Below are positions 1-9,045 of a DNA stretch of 64,000 nucleotides, in pieces. Made by a program: the position numbers and the translations under genes. Origin of the DNA: a candidate division FCPU426 bacterium (GTDB taxonomy: Bacteria; Oederibacteriota; JAAXVQ01; JAUVAV01); the NCBI GenBank assembly GCA_040756875.1, contig JBFLYH010000002.1, positions 574,526 to 638,525 of the forward strand. Reading direction: 5' to 3'. The notes under the pieces were generated by a model. The model made no database searches. It was not told where the DNA came from and saw only the letters and a list, made by a program, of their open reading frames with translations. Position 1 is the first letter of the stretch; each line of letters starts with the position of its first letter.

Positions 1-1650
1 CACTTGGCCGGAGTCAATGCGGGTCACAAAGGACCGCGTTTGCGCCGGAACCGAGGTGGTGGGCAGGGGTAAAAACAGCAGGGAATAATTCCCTTCCGGC
101 AACCCGATAAAATCGATGGCCCCGTTGATGCTTAAACGCCCGAAGGTTTTTTGGTCGTTGATAAAAAAGGCCAGCAAATATCCGCTGTACGGCTGACTGC
201 TCTCGTCCAGCACGGTCCCTTGCAAGCCTCCGCCGATGTCGAGATCGAAATCCAAGACCCGCGTCATTTGCTCTTCCACGGTCAAACCGCGTTCGGCCGC
301 CGAGGCGGTATAGGTGTTGACGTTCGTGGGTTCCACGGCCACCGTGTAATTTTGGTACGGCGTCAGGCCGTCAAACGTGTACCCGCCGCCGGCATCGGTA
401 TAGCCGTCGAATAAGGGGGTAAACGGATACATGGATTCAAGGAAGATCGCGATTTTTGAATTCGCAATGATGTTTCCATCCGGCCCGCGGACGATGCCGG
501 ATATTTTTCCGCCGGGCTGGAGGGTGAAATTCCGGCTGACAGGCACATTTTGCCGAATTTGTTCATTGCCCACGCGGAGGGATTGCAGGTTGGTGCCTTG
601 CGGCGGTTTGACGAAAATGTCATAGTTCCCTTCGGGCAAGTCGGGGATCGTATAAAAACCCTGGGCATCCGTGTTCATTGAACCGACTTCATCGCCGGTG
701 CTGTACATCATGGTCAGGGAAACCTTTACGCCGGACACCGGCGCTCCGGTGTAAGCGGTGATGGTGCCGCTGATGTCCCCGGCCGCCAGCAGGCGGAAAT
801 CAATGCCCGCGGTCGTGTTTTCGTCGACGACGGGGACGAAATCGCGGACCACGCCGCGCCACTGCGCCGGCGCGTCGGTGATAAGATAAGCAGGGGCCGG
901 ATAGACGTGTTGCAGGGTATAGGTCCCGTCGGATCCGGTTTGGGCAAAAAGATTCGGATCGGTCGAATCCGAGGGATGGCATTGGATCCAAATGCCGTCC
1001 GCAGTGGCCGTGGTGTCCCCGTAATAAACCGTGCCCGTGATGGTGCCGCCGATAAACAATTGGAAATTATAATTCGGCACATCCACGCCGTCCGTTAACG
1101 TCAACTGGGTCGTCAGGGAATCAGAATACCCGTTTTCTTCCGCGTAAAATCTCCAATTCCCCGGGGACAGGCGCACGGAGTAGCTGCCATCCGTCTGGGT
1201 AAGCAGCTTATAAATCACGGTGGTTTCGGCGGTGACGGTCGCGCCGGCCAGGGCCGGCGATCCCGTTTCATGGGAAGTGACCCGGCCGCTGACCAATGAA
1301 CCTATACGCATGAATGCATTGATGGTATTGACCAGCCCGGGTTGGATGGAAGTGGATTTATAGAGATCGGCAAAACCGGTACGCGTTGCCCCTTGGTTGG
1401 TATTTGAGAAACCCAGTGGCATATCGAAATTTTCTATTAAATATAAACCCTGGCTGTTGGCGTATACGCTATTGGATTGATCGCGGACCCATACCCAGGC
1501 TCCGGCGCAGGGCGTGTTGTGGCTGGCGTCCCAGATGATGCCCATGGCCGTGGTCGTGATCGCGCCTGCCGGGAGGCTTAGCCCTGCCAGGCAGCCCAGG
1601 GCAGCCAGCGCAATTGAGATGATTCGTCGACTGTGGATGCTTCGGCGCAT
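1..1650 (-). CDS. Secreted surface protein with tandem carboxypeptidase-regulatory-like (CnaB-type) beta-sandwich repeats; partial, runs off the left edge
   Basis: Manual translation from ATG 1650 (MRRSIHSRRIISIALAALGCLAGLSLPAGA, signal-like) appears open to base 1; repeated ISGTV...TDAQGFYTIPDLPEGNY-type motifs. Absent from the ORF track because there is no stop in the window. Confidence 0.75.
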   Translation of the reverse strand, partial: MRRSIHSRRIISIALAALGCLAGLSLPAGAITTTAMGIIWDASHNTPCAGAWVWVRDQSNSVYANSQGLYLIENFDMPLGFSNTNQGATRTGFADLYKSTSIQPGLVNTINAFMRIGSLVSGRVTSHETGSPALAGATVTAETTVIYKLLTQTDGSYSVRLSPGNWRFYAEENGYSDSLTTQLTLTDGVDVPNYNFQLFIGGTITGTVYYGDTTATADGIWIQCHPSDSTDPNLFAQTGSDGTYTLQHVYPAPAYLITDAPAQWRGVVRDFVPVVDENTTAGIDFRLLAAGDISGTITAYTGAPVSGVKVSLTMMYSTGDEVGSMNTDAQGFYTIPDLPEGNYDIFVKPPQGTNLQSLRVGNEQIRQNVPVSRNFTLQPGGKISGIVRGPDGNIIANSKIAIFLESMYPFTPLFDGYTDAGGGYTFDGLTPYQNYTVAVEPTNVNTYTASAAERGLTVEEQMTRVLDFDLDIGGGLQGTVLDESSQPYSGYLLAFFINDQKTFGRLSINGAIDFIGLPEGNYSLLFLPLPTTSVPAQTRSFVTRIDSGQV

Positions 1651-1741
1651 ATATTATCCCGGGAGGTGATGATCGTCGGTTGAGTATCGTTGTTTTTATT
1701 CCCGTTAAGTAGTTCTTGTTGCGGAAAGATCAATCTTGTAT

Positions 1742-1797
1742 TCCCCTCCCCAGGATTTGGTGGGAGGGGAAAATCCTCTCCCGCCAGGGGAGAGGAA
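1742..1797. repeat. REP-like palindromic pair (CCCCTCCC..GGGAGGGG / TCCTCTCCC..GGGAGAGGA)
   Basis: Two adjacent intergenic GC-rich hairpins; same style as 8916-9036. Confidence 0.5.
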
Positions 1798-1867
1798 TAC
1801 AACTGCAGAAAATCGGTTTTCCTCAACAGAAAATAATTATAACGCTATCCCCGCGCAAGGGAAAGGA

Positions 1868-3127
1868 TTAGTGCCTGGTTTTCATTACGACAGCCTTCTT
1901 CAAGGGCGTGGTTCGCTCGGCCAGGGCCGTGCGGAAGACCAGGCGGTAGAGGTAAACACCGGGTGCGACGTCCCGGCAATCCCAGGCGCTCCGGCTGTAC
2001 CCGACTTCCGGGTGGTCTTCGGTCCAGCGGCAAACGCATTCCCCCAGCATGTTGTAGATCTCGAACCTGACCTGGCTCGGCGCTTCCACGGCAAACCGGA
2101 AATAGACGCGGCCCTGGTTGGCCGGCTGGGGATAAGCCATGACATCAACGTCGAAGCGCACGGCGGTGGCAGCGGCAGAACAGGTTTGGGTCGAGGTAGG
2201 CGTGCCGGGTAAAGGAGTAGCCGGCGTAGCCGTCAGGCTGGGAGTCGCCGCAGGCGTGCCCGTGGAGGTCCCGGTCAAAGCGGGGCTGCTTTCCAATGTC
2301 GGTGAAGGCGTCACTGACGGGGACGACGTGGGCGAGTTCGTCGGCGTAGCGGTTATCGTAGATGTCATGGTTAGCGTAGGCGTCAGGGTCACGGTAGGTG
2401 TCATGGTCACAGAGGGCGTCGGAGTCGCCGTAGGCGTCACGGTAAGCGTAGGCGTGGTCGTCAGGGTCGGGGTAGGGGTGGAGGTCTGGGTGGGTGTAAA
2501 GGCAGGGCCTGAAATATAAATCGCCAGGGTGTTGTTCGGACCGAGGCCGTCCGGACTAAAGGGGTTGGGAAAGGGCGCATCGGCTTCTTTGTACCAACGC
2601 GTGCCTGGGATGGACGTGCTAGCCCGTATCTCGGTCATCTGGATCGGATCATGGATATCAACGCACAGAAAGTATTTTTGTCCGGGCAGGATGGGAACCG
2701 CGGGATTCAGGGTGTAGGTGTTCCAACCATCATGGGCGTTGGCATACCCGGTTGAAGACAGCAGGGTTTCCGGCCAGTTGGAAGCAGTGTAGGCCGTATA
2801 GACCGCCACGGCCACGTCCGGGTCAAGATACCATTCGCAATCCAGATCGACCGAAATACTGGTGGCGAGAAACCCTGTCGTGGCTTGAAAGACACTGCCC
2901 CTGATTGCGGAACTGAACGCTTCCGAATTATTGCTGCTGGTGTTTCCCAATTGCTCCGCCCGGGCGTTGGCCAGGCAACCCAAGGTCACAAGCAGGCAAA
3001 ATAACAGCACCCTGGTCCGCGCCTGGGTGCGCAGCCGCCGGCATTTTTGCGAACCCGGATTGGCAGGCGCAAGACCGCCTGGACGACGGCCGGACAAACG
3101 GGGTGGGTTTAAAACCTGCACAATCAC
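1868..3127 (-). CDS. Secreted protein: beta-rich N-domain, Thr/Pro linker, T9SS-type-A/FlgD-like C-terminal domain
   Basis: Signal-like VLLFCLLVTLGCLANARA, long TPT repeats, C-terminal AYPQP..IYNMLG..W..VAPGVYLY..KKAVVMK. Start uncertain (GTG 3127 overlapping the kdsB stop, or GTG 3010). Confidence 0.7.
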   Translation of the reverse strand: MIVQVLNPPRLSGRRPGGLAPANPGSQKCRRLRTQARTRVLLFCLLVTLGCLANARAEQLGNTSSNNSEAFSSAIRGSVFQATTGFLATSISVDLDCEWYLDPDVAVAVYTAYTASNWPETLLSSTGYANAHDGWNTYTLNPAVPILPGQKYFLCVDIHDPIQMTEIRASTSIPGTRWYKEADAPFPNPFSPDGLGPNNTLAIYISGPAFTPTQTSTPTPTLTTTPTLTVTPTATPTPSVTMTPTVTLTPTLTMTSTITATPTNSPTSSPSVTPSPTLESSPALTGTSTGTPAATPSLTATPATPLPGTPTSTQTCSAAATAVRFDVDVMAYPQPANQGRVYFRFAVEAPSQVRFEIYNMLGECVCRWTEDHPEVGYSRSAWDCRDVAPGVYLYRLVFRTALAERTTPLKKAVVMKTRH

Positions 3128-3930
3128 TTGTGGCCGGCCAGTCGGCGCCCCCGAGCCCGGGACGCCCCCAGTCGGCGCCCCCGAACCCGGGACGCCCCCA
3201 GTCGGCGCTCGGCGAGCTTGAGATCCGCCGGCGTGTCCACGGCCAGGGTGCCGCGGGCCACGGCTACCACGCGGATGGCTACGCCGTGTTCCAGCACCCG
3301 CAACTGCTCCAGTTGCTCCATTTTTTCCAGGGGCGTGGGCGACCAGCGGGCGATTTGCAGCAGGAGGTCGCGGCGATACGCGTAGAATCCGAGGTGCAGG
3401 CGATAGGGATCGCTCCGGCGGCCCGCAGGGCGCGGATCGCGGATAAAGGGAATGGCAGAGCGCGAGAAATACAGGGCATTGCCGGCCCGGTCGCACACTA
3501 CCTTGACCCGGGCCGGATTGTGCAATTCCTCCGGCGGAAACGGCGCGGACAAGGTGGTCATCCGCAACCCGCGCTCGGTCAGGAAAGGCTTCACCAAAGC
3601 GTCCAGATCGCGGGGATTCACGAAGGGTTCGTCGCCCTGGATGTTCACCACCACGTCGCAGCGCTCGCGGCGCGCCACCACGGCCAGGCGGTCCGTGCCC
3701 GAGGCGCACGTTGCGGGCGTCATGACCGCTTCCCCGCCGAACGCCCGCACGGCGCGGACAATGCGCTGGTCCTCGGTGGCCACCAGGAGACGCGTCAGGA
3801 TTTTGGACTGTTTGGCCCGGCGCCACACGTGCTCGACCATGGGGCGTCCGGCCAGCAGGGCCAGGGGCTTGCCCGGAAACCGGGTGGACCCCCAGCGGGC
3901 CGGGATGACGCCGAGCACGCGCAGGCTCAC
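3124..3930 (-). CDS. kdsB: 3-deoxy-manno-octulosonate cytidylyltransferase
   Basis: IPARWGSTRFPGKPL, VNIQGDEP, EQLEQLR, VDTPADL motifs; GTG start overlaps upstream stop. Confidence 0.95.
   Translation of the reverse strand: MSLRVLGVIPARWGSTRFPGKPLALLAGRPMVEHVWRRAKQSKILTRLLVATEDQRIVRAVRAFGGEAVMTPATCASGTDRLAVVARRERCDVVVNIQGDEPFVNPRDLDALVKPFLTERGLRMTTLSAPFPPEELHNPARVKVVCDRAGNALYFSRSAIPFIRDPRPAGRRSDPYRLHLGFYAYRRDLLLQIARWSPTPLEKMEQLEQLRVLEHGVAIRVVAVARGTLAVDTPADLKLAERRLGASRVRGRRLGASRARGRRLAGHK
3138..3208. repeat. 30-bp tandem repeat (~2.4 copies) in the kdsB 3' end
   Basis: ccagtcggcgcccccgaRcccgggacgccc at 3138 and 3168, partial third copy at 3198. Confidence 0.9.
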
Positions 3931-4463
3931 GCTTTTTTTTCCTTGCTCGGAGGCTGGTTCTGCCCGGAAAGGATGCGTTCGATGAGATGGGTGCTGCTCT
4001 CGCCCTCGACCAGCGGGATGGTCACCACCTGGCCGCCCGCGGCTTCCACGGTCTCGCGGCCGATGACTTTGTCTTTGGCCCAATCCGCGCCCTTGACCAG
4101 CACCTGGGGCTGCAGTTCCGCGATCAGGGCCGCAGGATCGTTCTCGTCGAAGAGCACGACCAGGTCCACGCACTCGAGGGATGCTAAAACCTCAGCCCGC
4201 GCCGCTTCGCTCTGAATGGGGCGCTGCGGCCCCTTGATGCGCCGGACCGAGGCGTCGGTGTTGAGGCCCACGACCAGCGCGTCGCCCAGGCGGCGGGCCG
4301 CGGCCAGATAGCGCACGTGCCCGGGATGCAGCAGGTCGAAGCAGCCGTTGGTGAACACCACCCGGCGCTGCTGGTTCCGCCATTCCTGCACCCGTTCGCG
4401 GGCGCCGGCCCGGCCGAGGATTTTGTCGGCGGCGTTCCGGGGGACGCTGAGGATTATTTCCAC
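3927..4463 (-). CDS. rfaE2: D-glycero-beta-D-manno-heptose 1-phosphate adenylyltransferase (HldE domain II)
   Basis: VFTNGCFDLLHPGH, VGLNTDASV..KG..RP, LVKGADW. Confidence 0.95.
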   Translation of the reverse strand: MEIILSVPRNAADKILGRAGARERVQEWRNQQRRVVFTNGCFDLLHPGHVRYLAAARRLGDALVVGLNTDASVRRIKGPQRPIQSEAARAEVLASLECVDLVVLFDENDPAALIAELQPQVLVKGADWAKDKVIGRETVEAAGGQVVTIPLVEGESSTHLIERILSGQNQPPSKEKKA

Positions 4464-5452
4464 GGCTCCTCCGCGATCAATCGTTTGAGTTCAGCCTGGT
4501 TGGTAGTGGCCACGCCCACCTCGGCGACCGTGATGCCGGCCGCGCAGTTGGCCGCCACCGCGGCCTCGCGGAAATTCCCGCCCGCGGCCAGCGCCAGGGT
4601 CAGGGTGGAGATCACGGTGTCGCCCGCGCCGGACACGTCGTAGACCTCGCGCGCGAGGGTGTGGATGTGCGAAACATGCCCGCCGCGTTCGAACAGGGAC
4701 ATGCCCTCTTCCCCGCGCGTAACCAGCACGGCCTGGCAATCCAGCGCGTGCAGGAGCTTCTTGCCCGCGGTCAGCAGGCTCGCGCGGTCGCGGATGGGCG
4801 TTTGGGAAGCCTGGCTGGCTTCGTTCTGGTTGGGCGACACCAGGGTGACGCCGCGGAATTTCCGGATGTTCTCAGGCTTGGGATCGCCGGTAATGATCCG
4901 CTGCTGGGCCTGAGCGAGGCCGATCACGCCCTGCGCAAACGCCTCGGTGAGCAGGCCTTTGTTGTAGTCCGAAACCACCACCGCATCCACGCGCTTCATG
5001 CCCGCGCTCAGGAGCTCTAAAAGTTCGTTTTCCAGCCGCCGGCCGAGGGGCAGGGGCTTTTCCCGGTCAATGCGCACCACCTGCTGCGAGTGGGCAATGA
5101 CGCGGGTCTTGGTGATGGTGGGGCGCGTCCGGTCGCGCAGCACCCAGTCCGTGCGCACGCCCTGGCGCTTGAGCATCGCCAGCAGGCGGTCGCCGGTTTC
5201 GTCCCGGCCCACCACGCCCGCCAGAAACGCCTGGCCGCCCAGGGCCCGGATGTTGTTGGCCACGTTGGCCGCGCCGCCGGGCAGGGCGTTCTCGCGCTGC
5301 ACGTGCACCACCGGAATGGGCGCCTCGGGCGAAATCCGGGACACTTTGCCCCAAATGTATTCGTCCAGCATCAGGTCGCCCACGACCAGGATTTTTTTGC
5401 CCGTGAACTTGTCCACCAGGCGCTTGAGCTTGGCGGCGGAAACGTTTTTCAT
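4454..5452 (-). CDS. rfaE1: D-glycero-beta-D-manno-heptose-7-phosphate kinase (HldE domain I)
   Basis: VVGDLMLDEY..RISPEAPIPV, GGAANVA, DVSGAGDTV. Confidence 0.95.
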   Translation of the reverse strand: MKNVSAAKLKRLVDKFTGKKILVVGDLMLDEYIWGKVSRISPEAPIPVVHVQRENALPGGAANVANNIRALGGQAFLAGVVGRDETGDRLLAMLKRQGVRTDWVLRDRTRPTITKTRVIAHSQQVVRIDREKPLPLGRRLENELLELLSAGMKRVDAVVVSDYNKGLLTEAFAQGVIGLAQAQQRIITGDPKPENIRKFRGVTLVSPNQNEASQASQTPIRDRASLLTAGKKLLHALDCQAVLVTRGEEGMSLFERGGHVSHIHTLAREVYDVSGAGDTVISTLTLALAAGGNFREAAVAANCAAGITVAEVGVATTNQAELKRLIAEEPWK

Positions 5453-6042
5453 GCTTGCGGTCCCTCCGGGGGGAACATCTGCTCCTCGATCAGGCGGCAG
5501 AGGATGTGGCCCAGGGCCAAATGGATCTCCTGGATGCGCATGGTGTTGGCCGAGGCCACGGACAACACTACGTCCGCCTGCTGGGCCATTTTCCCGCCCT
5601 GGCCCGTAAACACGACCACTTTCATTTTAAGGCGGCGCGCTTCGTCCATGGCCGCCAGCACGTTGGCGGAATTGCCTGAAGTGGAGAGGCCCAGGAGCAC
5701 GTCCCCGGGCTTGCCCAACGCCTCCACCTGGCGGGAAAAAACTTTTTCAAAACCGTAGTCGTTCGCCAGGGCGGTCAGGGCCGAGGTGTCGGTGGTGAGC
5801 GCAATCGCGGCCATGGCCGGCCGTTCGCGCTGGTACAGGCGCGCCACCAGCTCGGTGGCGTAATGTTGCGCGTCGGCCGCGGACCCGCCGTTGCCGCAGA
5901 TCAGCAATTTGCCGCCCTGCTTGAGCGAGGCGGAAATGAGCTCCGCGGCTTTGACCAGCGGCTCGGCCAGGTTCAGCGACTGCTGACGCAGGGCAATGCC
6001 AGCCTGCAGTTCCTCTTTGGCTAGTTCAACCCATTGGGACAT
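5449..6042 (-). CDS. gmhA: Phosphoheptose isomerase
   Basis: CGNGGSAADAQH, ANDYGF, STSGNS, RIQEIH. Confidence 0.95.
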   Translation of the reverse strand: MSQWVELAKEELQAGIALRQQSLNLAEPLVKAAELISASLKQGGKLLICGNGGSAADAQHYATELVARLYQRERPAMAAIALTTDTSALTALANDYGFEKVFSRQVEALGKPGDVLLGLSTSGNSANVLAAMDEARRLKMKVVVFTGQGGKMAQQADVVLSVASANTMRIQEIHLALGHILCRLIEEQMFPPEGPQA

Positions 6043-6214
6043 GCTTGCCTCCCGGGAGCCGTTGACAGCCCCCGCTCTTGGCCCCATATTTTACATACTT
6101 CGCCTGAAATCTCCAGAATTATCCTGTCATCCCCAACCACAGCGCCGTCGGACTAGCCGTCCTCGAGTGCAATCCGGTGCGTTATATCTCTAGAAGTGCT
6201 GCATTGACGCGGTT

Positions 6215-7351
6215 CTACTTCCCGACATCAACTACTACCGCATCCCTTAATACGACGTCTATCGTCCCGATGATGATGGCGCTTTTGACCAGCACGGGCA
6301 CGCGGCGGACGTCGTCGGTGAGCCAGATGTTGATCTCGCCCTTGCTCTGGAACACGCCCTCGAATTTCATCTGCGGCTGGACCACGATGCAGTTGAACTC
6401 CCCGGCCGGCACCCGGACTTTTTCCCGGCGCACGGATTTGACGATCACCTCGTAGGATTTGCCGTCGTCCGCGACCACGGGAATCGTCAGTTCCTGGCCG
6501 ACGGGAGGCGCCACGGCCCGGTAAAAATAAAACTCGGACAGCACGTCCTGGGTCAGGGGCGCGGCTGGCACACGGGTCCGTCCTTCGTCTTTGATGACCT
6601 GGTTTTGGACCTGGTCGTAGATCAGGACCGAATCGTTGCTGTAGCCGCCCTCGCGCAGGTGTTTTTCATAGCGCCAGGAAAACAACCCGGCCGCGTCGAA
6701 GAAGGATTCGATGCGGTCCCTGACCTTGAAGAACCACTCGAAAGCCGGGTGCGTGCGCGCCGTGGCGATCAGATGCAGGGTCTGCCGGCCGTTCATGATC
6801 GGCCCGGGTTCCACGGACAGCGTGGCGAACCCCGCGGCAATGCCCAGGTATTCGACCGAAAAAAGCAGCTTCTCGCCCGGCGCAAAGGCCTGGTTGGGAC
6901 GCTGCGGGAAAATTGCCTGGACCGCGGGCGTGGGTTGCGGCGTCAAGGGTTGCGACGCAGGATGGCCGCCGACCGTCGCCGTGGCCGCCGGCGTCGGCGC
7001 GGGCAGAACCCCTGGAACCACGGCTGCGATTCCGCCCAGTTCCAGCACCTGGCCCGGATGGATCAAATCCGGATTGGCGATGCGGTTGCGGGCCGCCAGT
7101 TCGGGGTAGCGCAGGGGATCGCCGAGCAGGCGGCCGGAGATGTGCCAGAGGGTGTCGCCGGCCACCACGCAGTAGGTCGTATTTTCCGACGGCACTGCGG
7201 GCGTAGGTTCAGGCAAAGGCTCGACGGCAACCGGAGTCGGCTCCAAAGTCGGCACGTCCGAGGCTTTAATGATCTTGAAATCCGTGCGGCCGGTGGCGCA
7301 TCCCGCGACGATCAGGCAGACGCCGATTAAAATCCACAGATTGGTTTTCAC
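6215..7351 (-). CDS. Lipoprotein with LysM and DUF3108-like domains
   Basis: Lipobox IVAGC; LysM YCVVAGDTLWHIS..NPDLIHPGQVL; GEKLLFSVEY..VPAGEFNC..IWLTDD..PV typical of DUF3108. Confidence 0.8.
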   Translation of the reverse strand: MKTNLWILIGVCLIVAGCATGRTDFKIIKASDVPTLEPTPVAVEPLPEPTPAVPSENTTYCVVAGDTLWHISGRLLGDPLRYPELAARNRIANPDLIHPGQVLELGGIAAVVPGVLPAPTPAATATVGGHPASQPLTPQPTPAVQAIFPQRPNQAFAPGEKLLFSVEYLGIAAGFATLSVEPGPIMNGRQTLHLIATARTHPAFEWFFKVRDRIESFFDAAGLFSWRYEKHLREGGYSNDSVLIYDQVQNQVIKDEGRTRVPAAPLTQDVLSEFYFYRAVAPPVGQELTIPVVADDGKSYEVIVKSVRREKVRVPAGEFNCIVVQPQMKFEGVFQSKGEINIWLTDDVRRVPVLVKSAIIIGTIDVVLRDAVVVDVGK

Positions 7352-8328
7352 TTCCCGCTCCTTATGGCCTTCCGCACGGCCTGGGCCGCGGTTTCCGGTT
7401 CCAGCCCGTCCAGGCCGAGCACTTCCACGCGCTCGCCCAGGGGGCGCCAGCGGACCTGACCGGTCACGCCCGCACTCGGGTACAGCGCCACCACAGGCCT
7501 GCCCAGGGCCGCGGCCAGGTGCGCGGGCCCGGTGTTGCCCGCCACTACGGCATCCGCCCGGGCGATGAGCGCAGCCAGCTGCGGCATACGGATCGTTTCC
7601 CGCAACACCCAGGCGGCGGCGAACACCGCGGCGTTCCGCTCCTGTTCAAGGCCAGCGCCCGTAACCAGCACGCGCGTGTCCGGATCAGCCAGCAACAGCC
7701 CGGCCAGCTGCCGGTAATTTTCCAGGGACCAGTTGGCCGAAGAGCCGCGCCCGCCCGGATGGATGACAACCAGGCGCTGGCCGCCCTCCAGCCCGCGCTG
7801 CCGCAAATCCGCCTGGGCCCACGCCAGGTCCTCGGGCCGCGCGCTCAAGCGCGGCGGCTCCAAGACCGGCGACAGCCCCAGCGCCCGCAGCAGGTCCAGG
7901 TTGTAATCCGCCTCGTGCCGCTCGGCTTTGGCCCGGCTGTGGGGCACGCGCGTGGTGTACAGCCAGGACCAGAGCCTGCGGCCGGTTCCCACCCGCTGCC
8001 GCACGCCGGCCCGCCACACGGCCCAGGAAACGCGGGCATCGGGAAAAACCAGCAGCCCCGCGTCGAATTTCCGGCTGGCGATCAGCTCGACCAGGCGGCG
8101 GAATCCGCGCCGGCCCGCGTGCGCGCCTTCTGCTTCGTACGCCAGCACTTCGTCCACATCCGGATGACCGGCGAAAATTTCCCGGGTGTAATCCGAAACC
8201 AGGCAGGCGACATGGCTCCCCGGAACCAGGCGCTTGATGGCCGCGGCCACGGGCAGGGCCAGCAGGCTGTCGCCCAGGGCGTCCGTGCGGCACACCAGCC
8301 AGCGCCGGGGCTGGTCATTCATGGCCAA
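7348..8328 (-). CDS. Glycosyltransferase family 9 (LPS heptosyltransferase-like)
   Basis: RTDALGDSLL, HPG..S..W, NTGPAHLAAA. Confidence 0.9.
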   Translation of the reverse strand: MAMNDQPRRWLVCRTDALGDSLLALPVAAAIKRLVPGSHVACLVSDYTREIFAGHPDVDEVLAYEAEGAHAGRRGFRRLVELIASRKFDAGLLVFPDARVSWAVWRAGVRQRVGTGRRLWSWLYTTRVPHSRAKAERHEADYNLDLLRALGLSPVLEPPRLSARPEDLAWAQADLRQRGLEGGQRLVVIHPGGRGSSANWSLENYRQLAGLLLADPDTRVLVTGAGLEQERNAAVFAAAWVLRETIRMPQLAALIARADAVVAGNTGPAHLAAALGRPVVALYPSAGVTGQVRWRPLGERVEVLGLDGLEPETAAQAVRKAIRSGK

Positions 8329-8893
8329 GCGCTCCGAGAATATGGCGCCCTGCTTCGGTCAGGTCTGCGGCAATAAAATCCGGCCGGGGCCCATTCCCGA
8401 ATCCCTGGTCTCGGGTGGCGGCGCCGTAGCCGGTCAGCACGAGAATGGTCTTTAATCCTTGTTTGGCGCCGAATTCAATGTCCGAGGCTTTGTCGCCCAC
8501 CACCCAGCTTTTCGCCAGGTCCAGGCCCAGGTCGCGGGCAGCGGCCAGCAGCATGCCGGGCGCAGGTTTTCGGCAGTCGCAGGCGCGCGCGTAGGCGGCC
8601 ACGCTGCCTTGGGGATAATGGGGGCAATAGTAGACGCCGTCGAGCCCGGCACCGGCCGCGGCCAGCAACTCCTCAAGCCGGGCGTTCACGCGCCTGACCG
8701 TGGCCTCGTCGAAATACCCGCGCGCCACGCCGGACTGGTTGCTGACGACCACGGCCGCGAATCCTTCCTGCCGCAGCAGACGGATGCCCTCGGCCGCGCC
8801 CGGCAGCAGCACCACGCCCGCGGGATCGGCCAGGTACTCGGCTTCCTGGATGATCGTGCCATCGCGGTCGAGAAAGACTGCGGGTTTGGACAT
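8315..8893 (-). CDS. gmhB: D-glycero-D-manno-heptose 1,7-bisphosphate phosphatase
   Basis: FLDRDGT, SNQSG, CPH..CDCRKP, VGDK..D. Confidence 0.95.
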   Translation of the reverse strand: MSKPAVFLDRDGTIIQEAEYLADPAGVVLLPGAAEGIRLLRQEGFAAVVVSNQSGVARGYFDEATVRRVNARLEELLAAAGAGLDGVYYCPHYPQGSVAAYARACDCRKPAPGMLLAAARDLGLDLAKSWVVGDKASDIEFGAKQGLKTILVLTGYGAATRDQGFGNGPRPDFIAADLTEAGRHILGALGHE

Positions 8894-8915
8894 TGTCGCC
8901 TCATAATAAAATTCT

Positions 8916-9036
8916 CCCCTCCCTTGAGGGGAGGGGATGAAGGGGCGGGTGTGCAGTAACTGAAAATTGTTCAATTGCTCTGCCCGCAAAGCGGGCTACA
9001 CCCACTCCCTCGCCCTCCCCCCTCAAGGGGGAGGGG
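8916..9036. repeat. REP-like inverted repeat element
   Basis: ccctcccttgaggggagggg...gggtgt paired with acaccc...ccctcccccctcaagggggagggg between msbA and gmhB. Confidence 0.7.
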
Positions 9037-9045
9037 TTAAACCGT

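Noticed and set aside
3138-3208. Possible CRISPR array
   Set aside because: Head-to-tail repeats with no spacers and no cas genes.
1868-3826. 652-aa ORF as a single protein
   Set aside because: The N-terminal ~230 aa is an alternate frame of kdsB; the real gene starts near 3010-3127.
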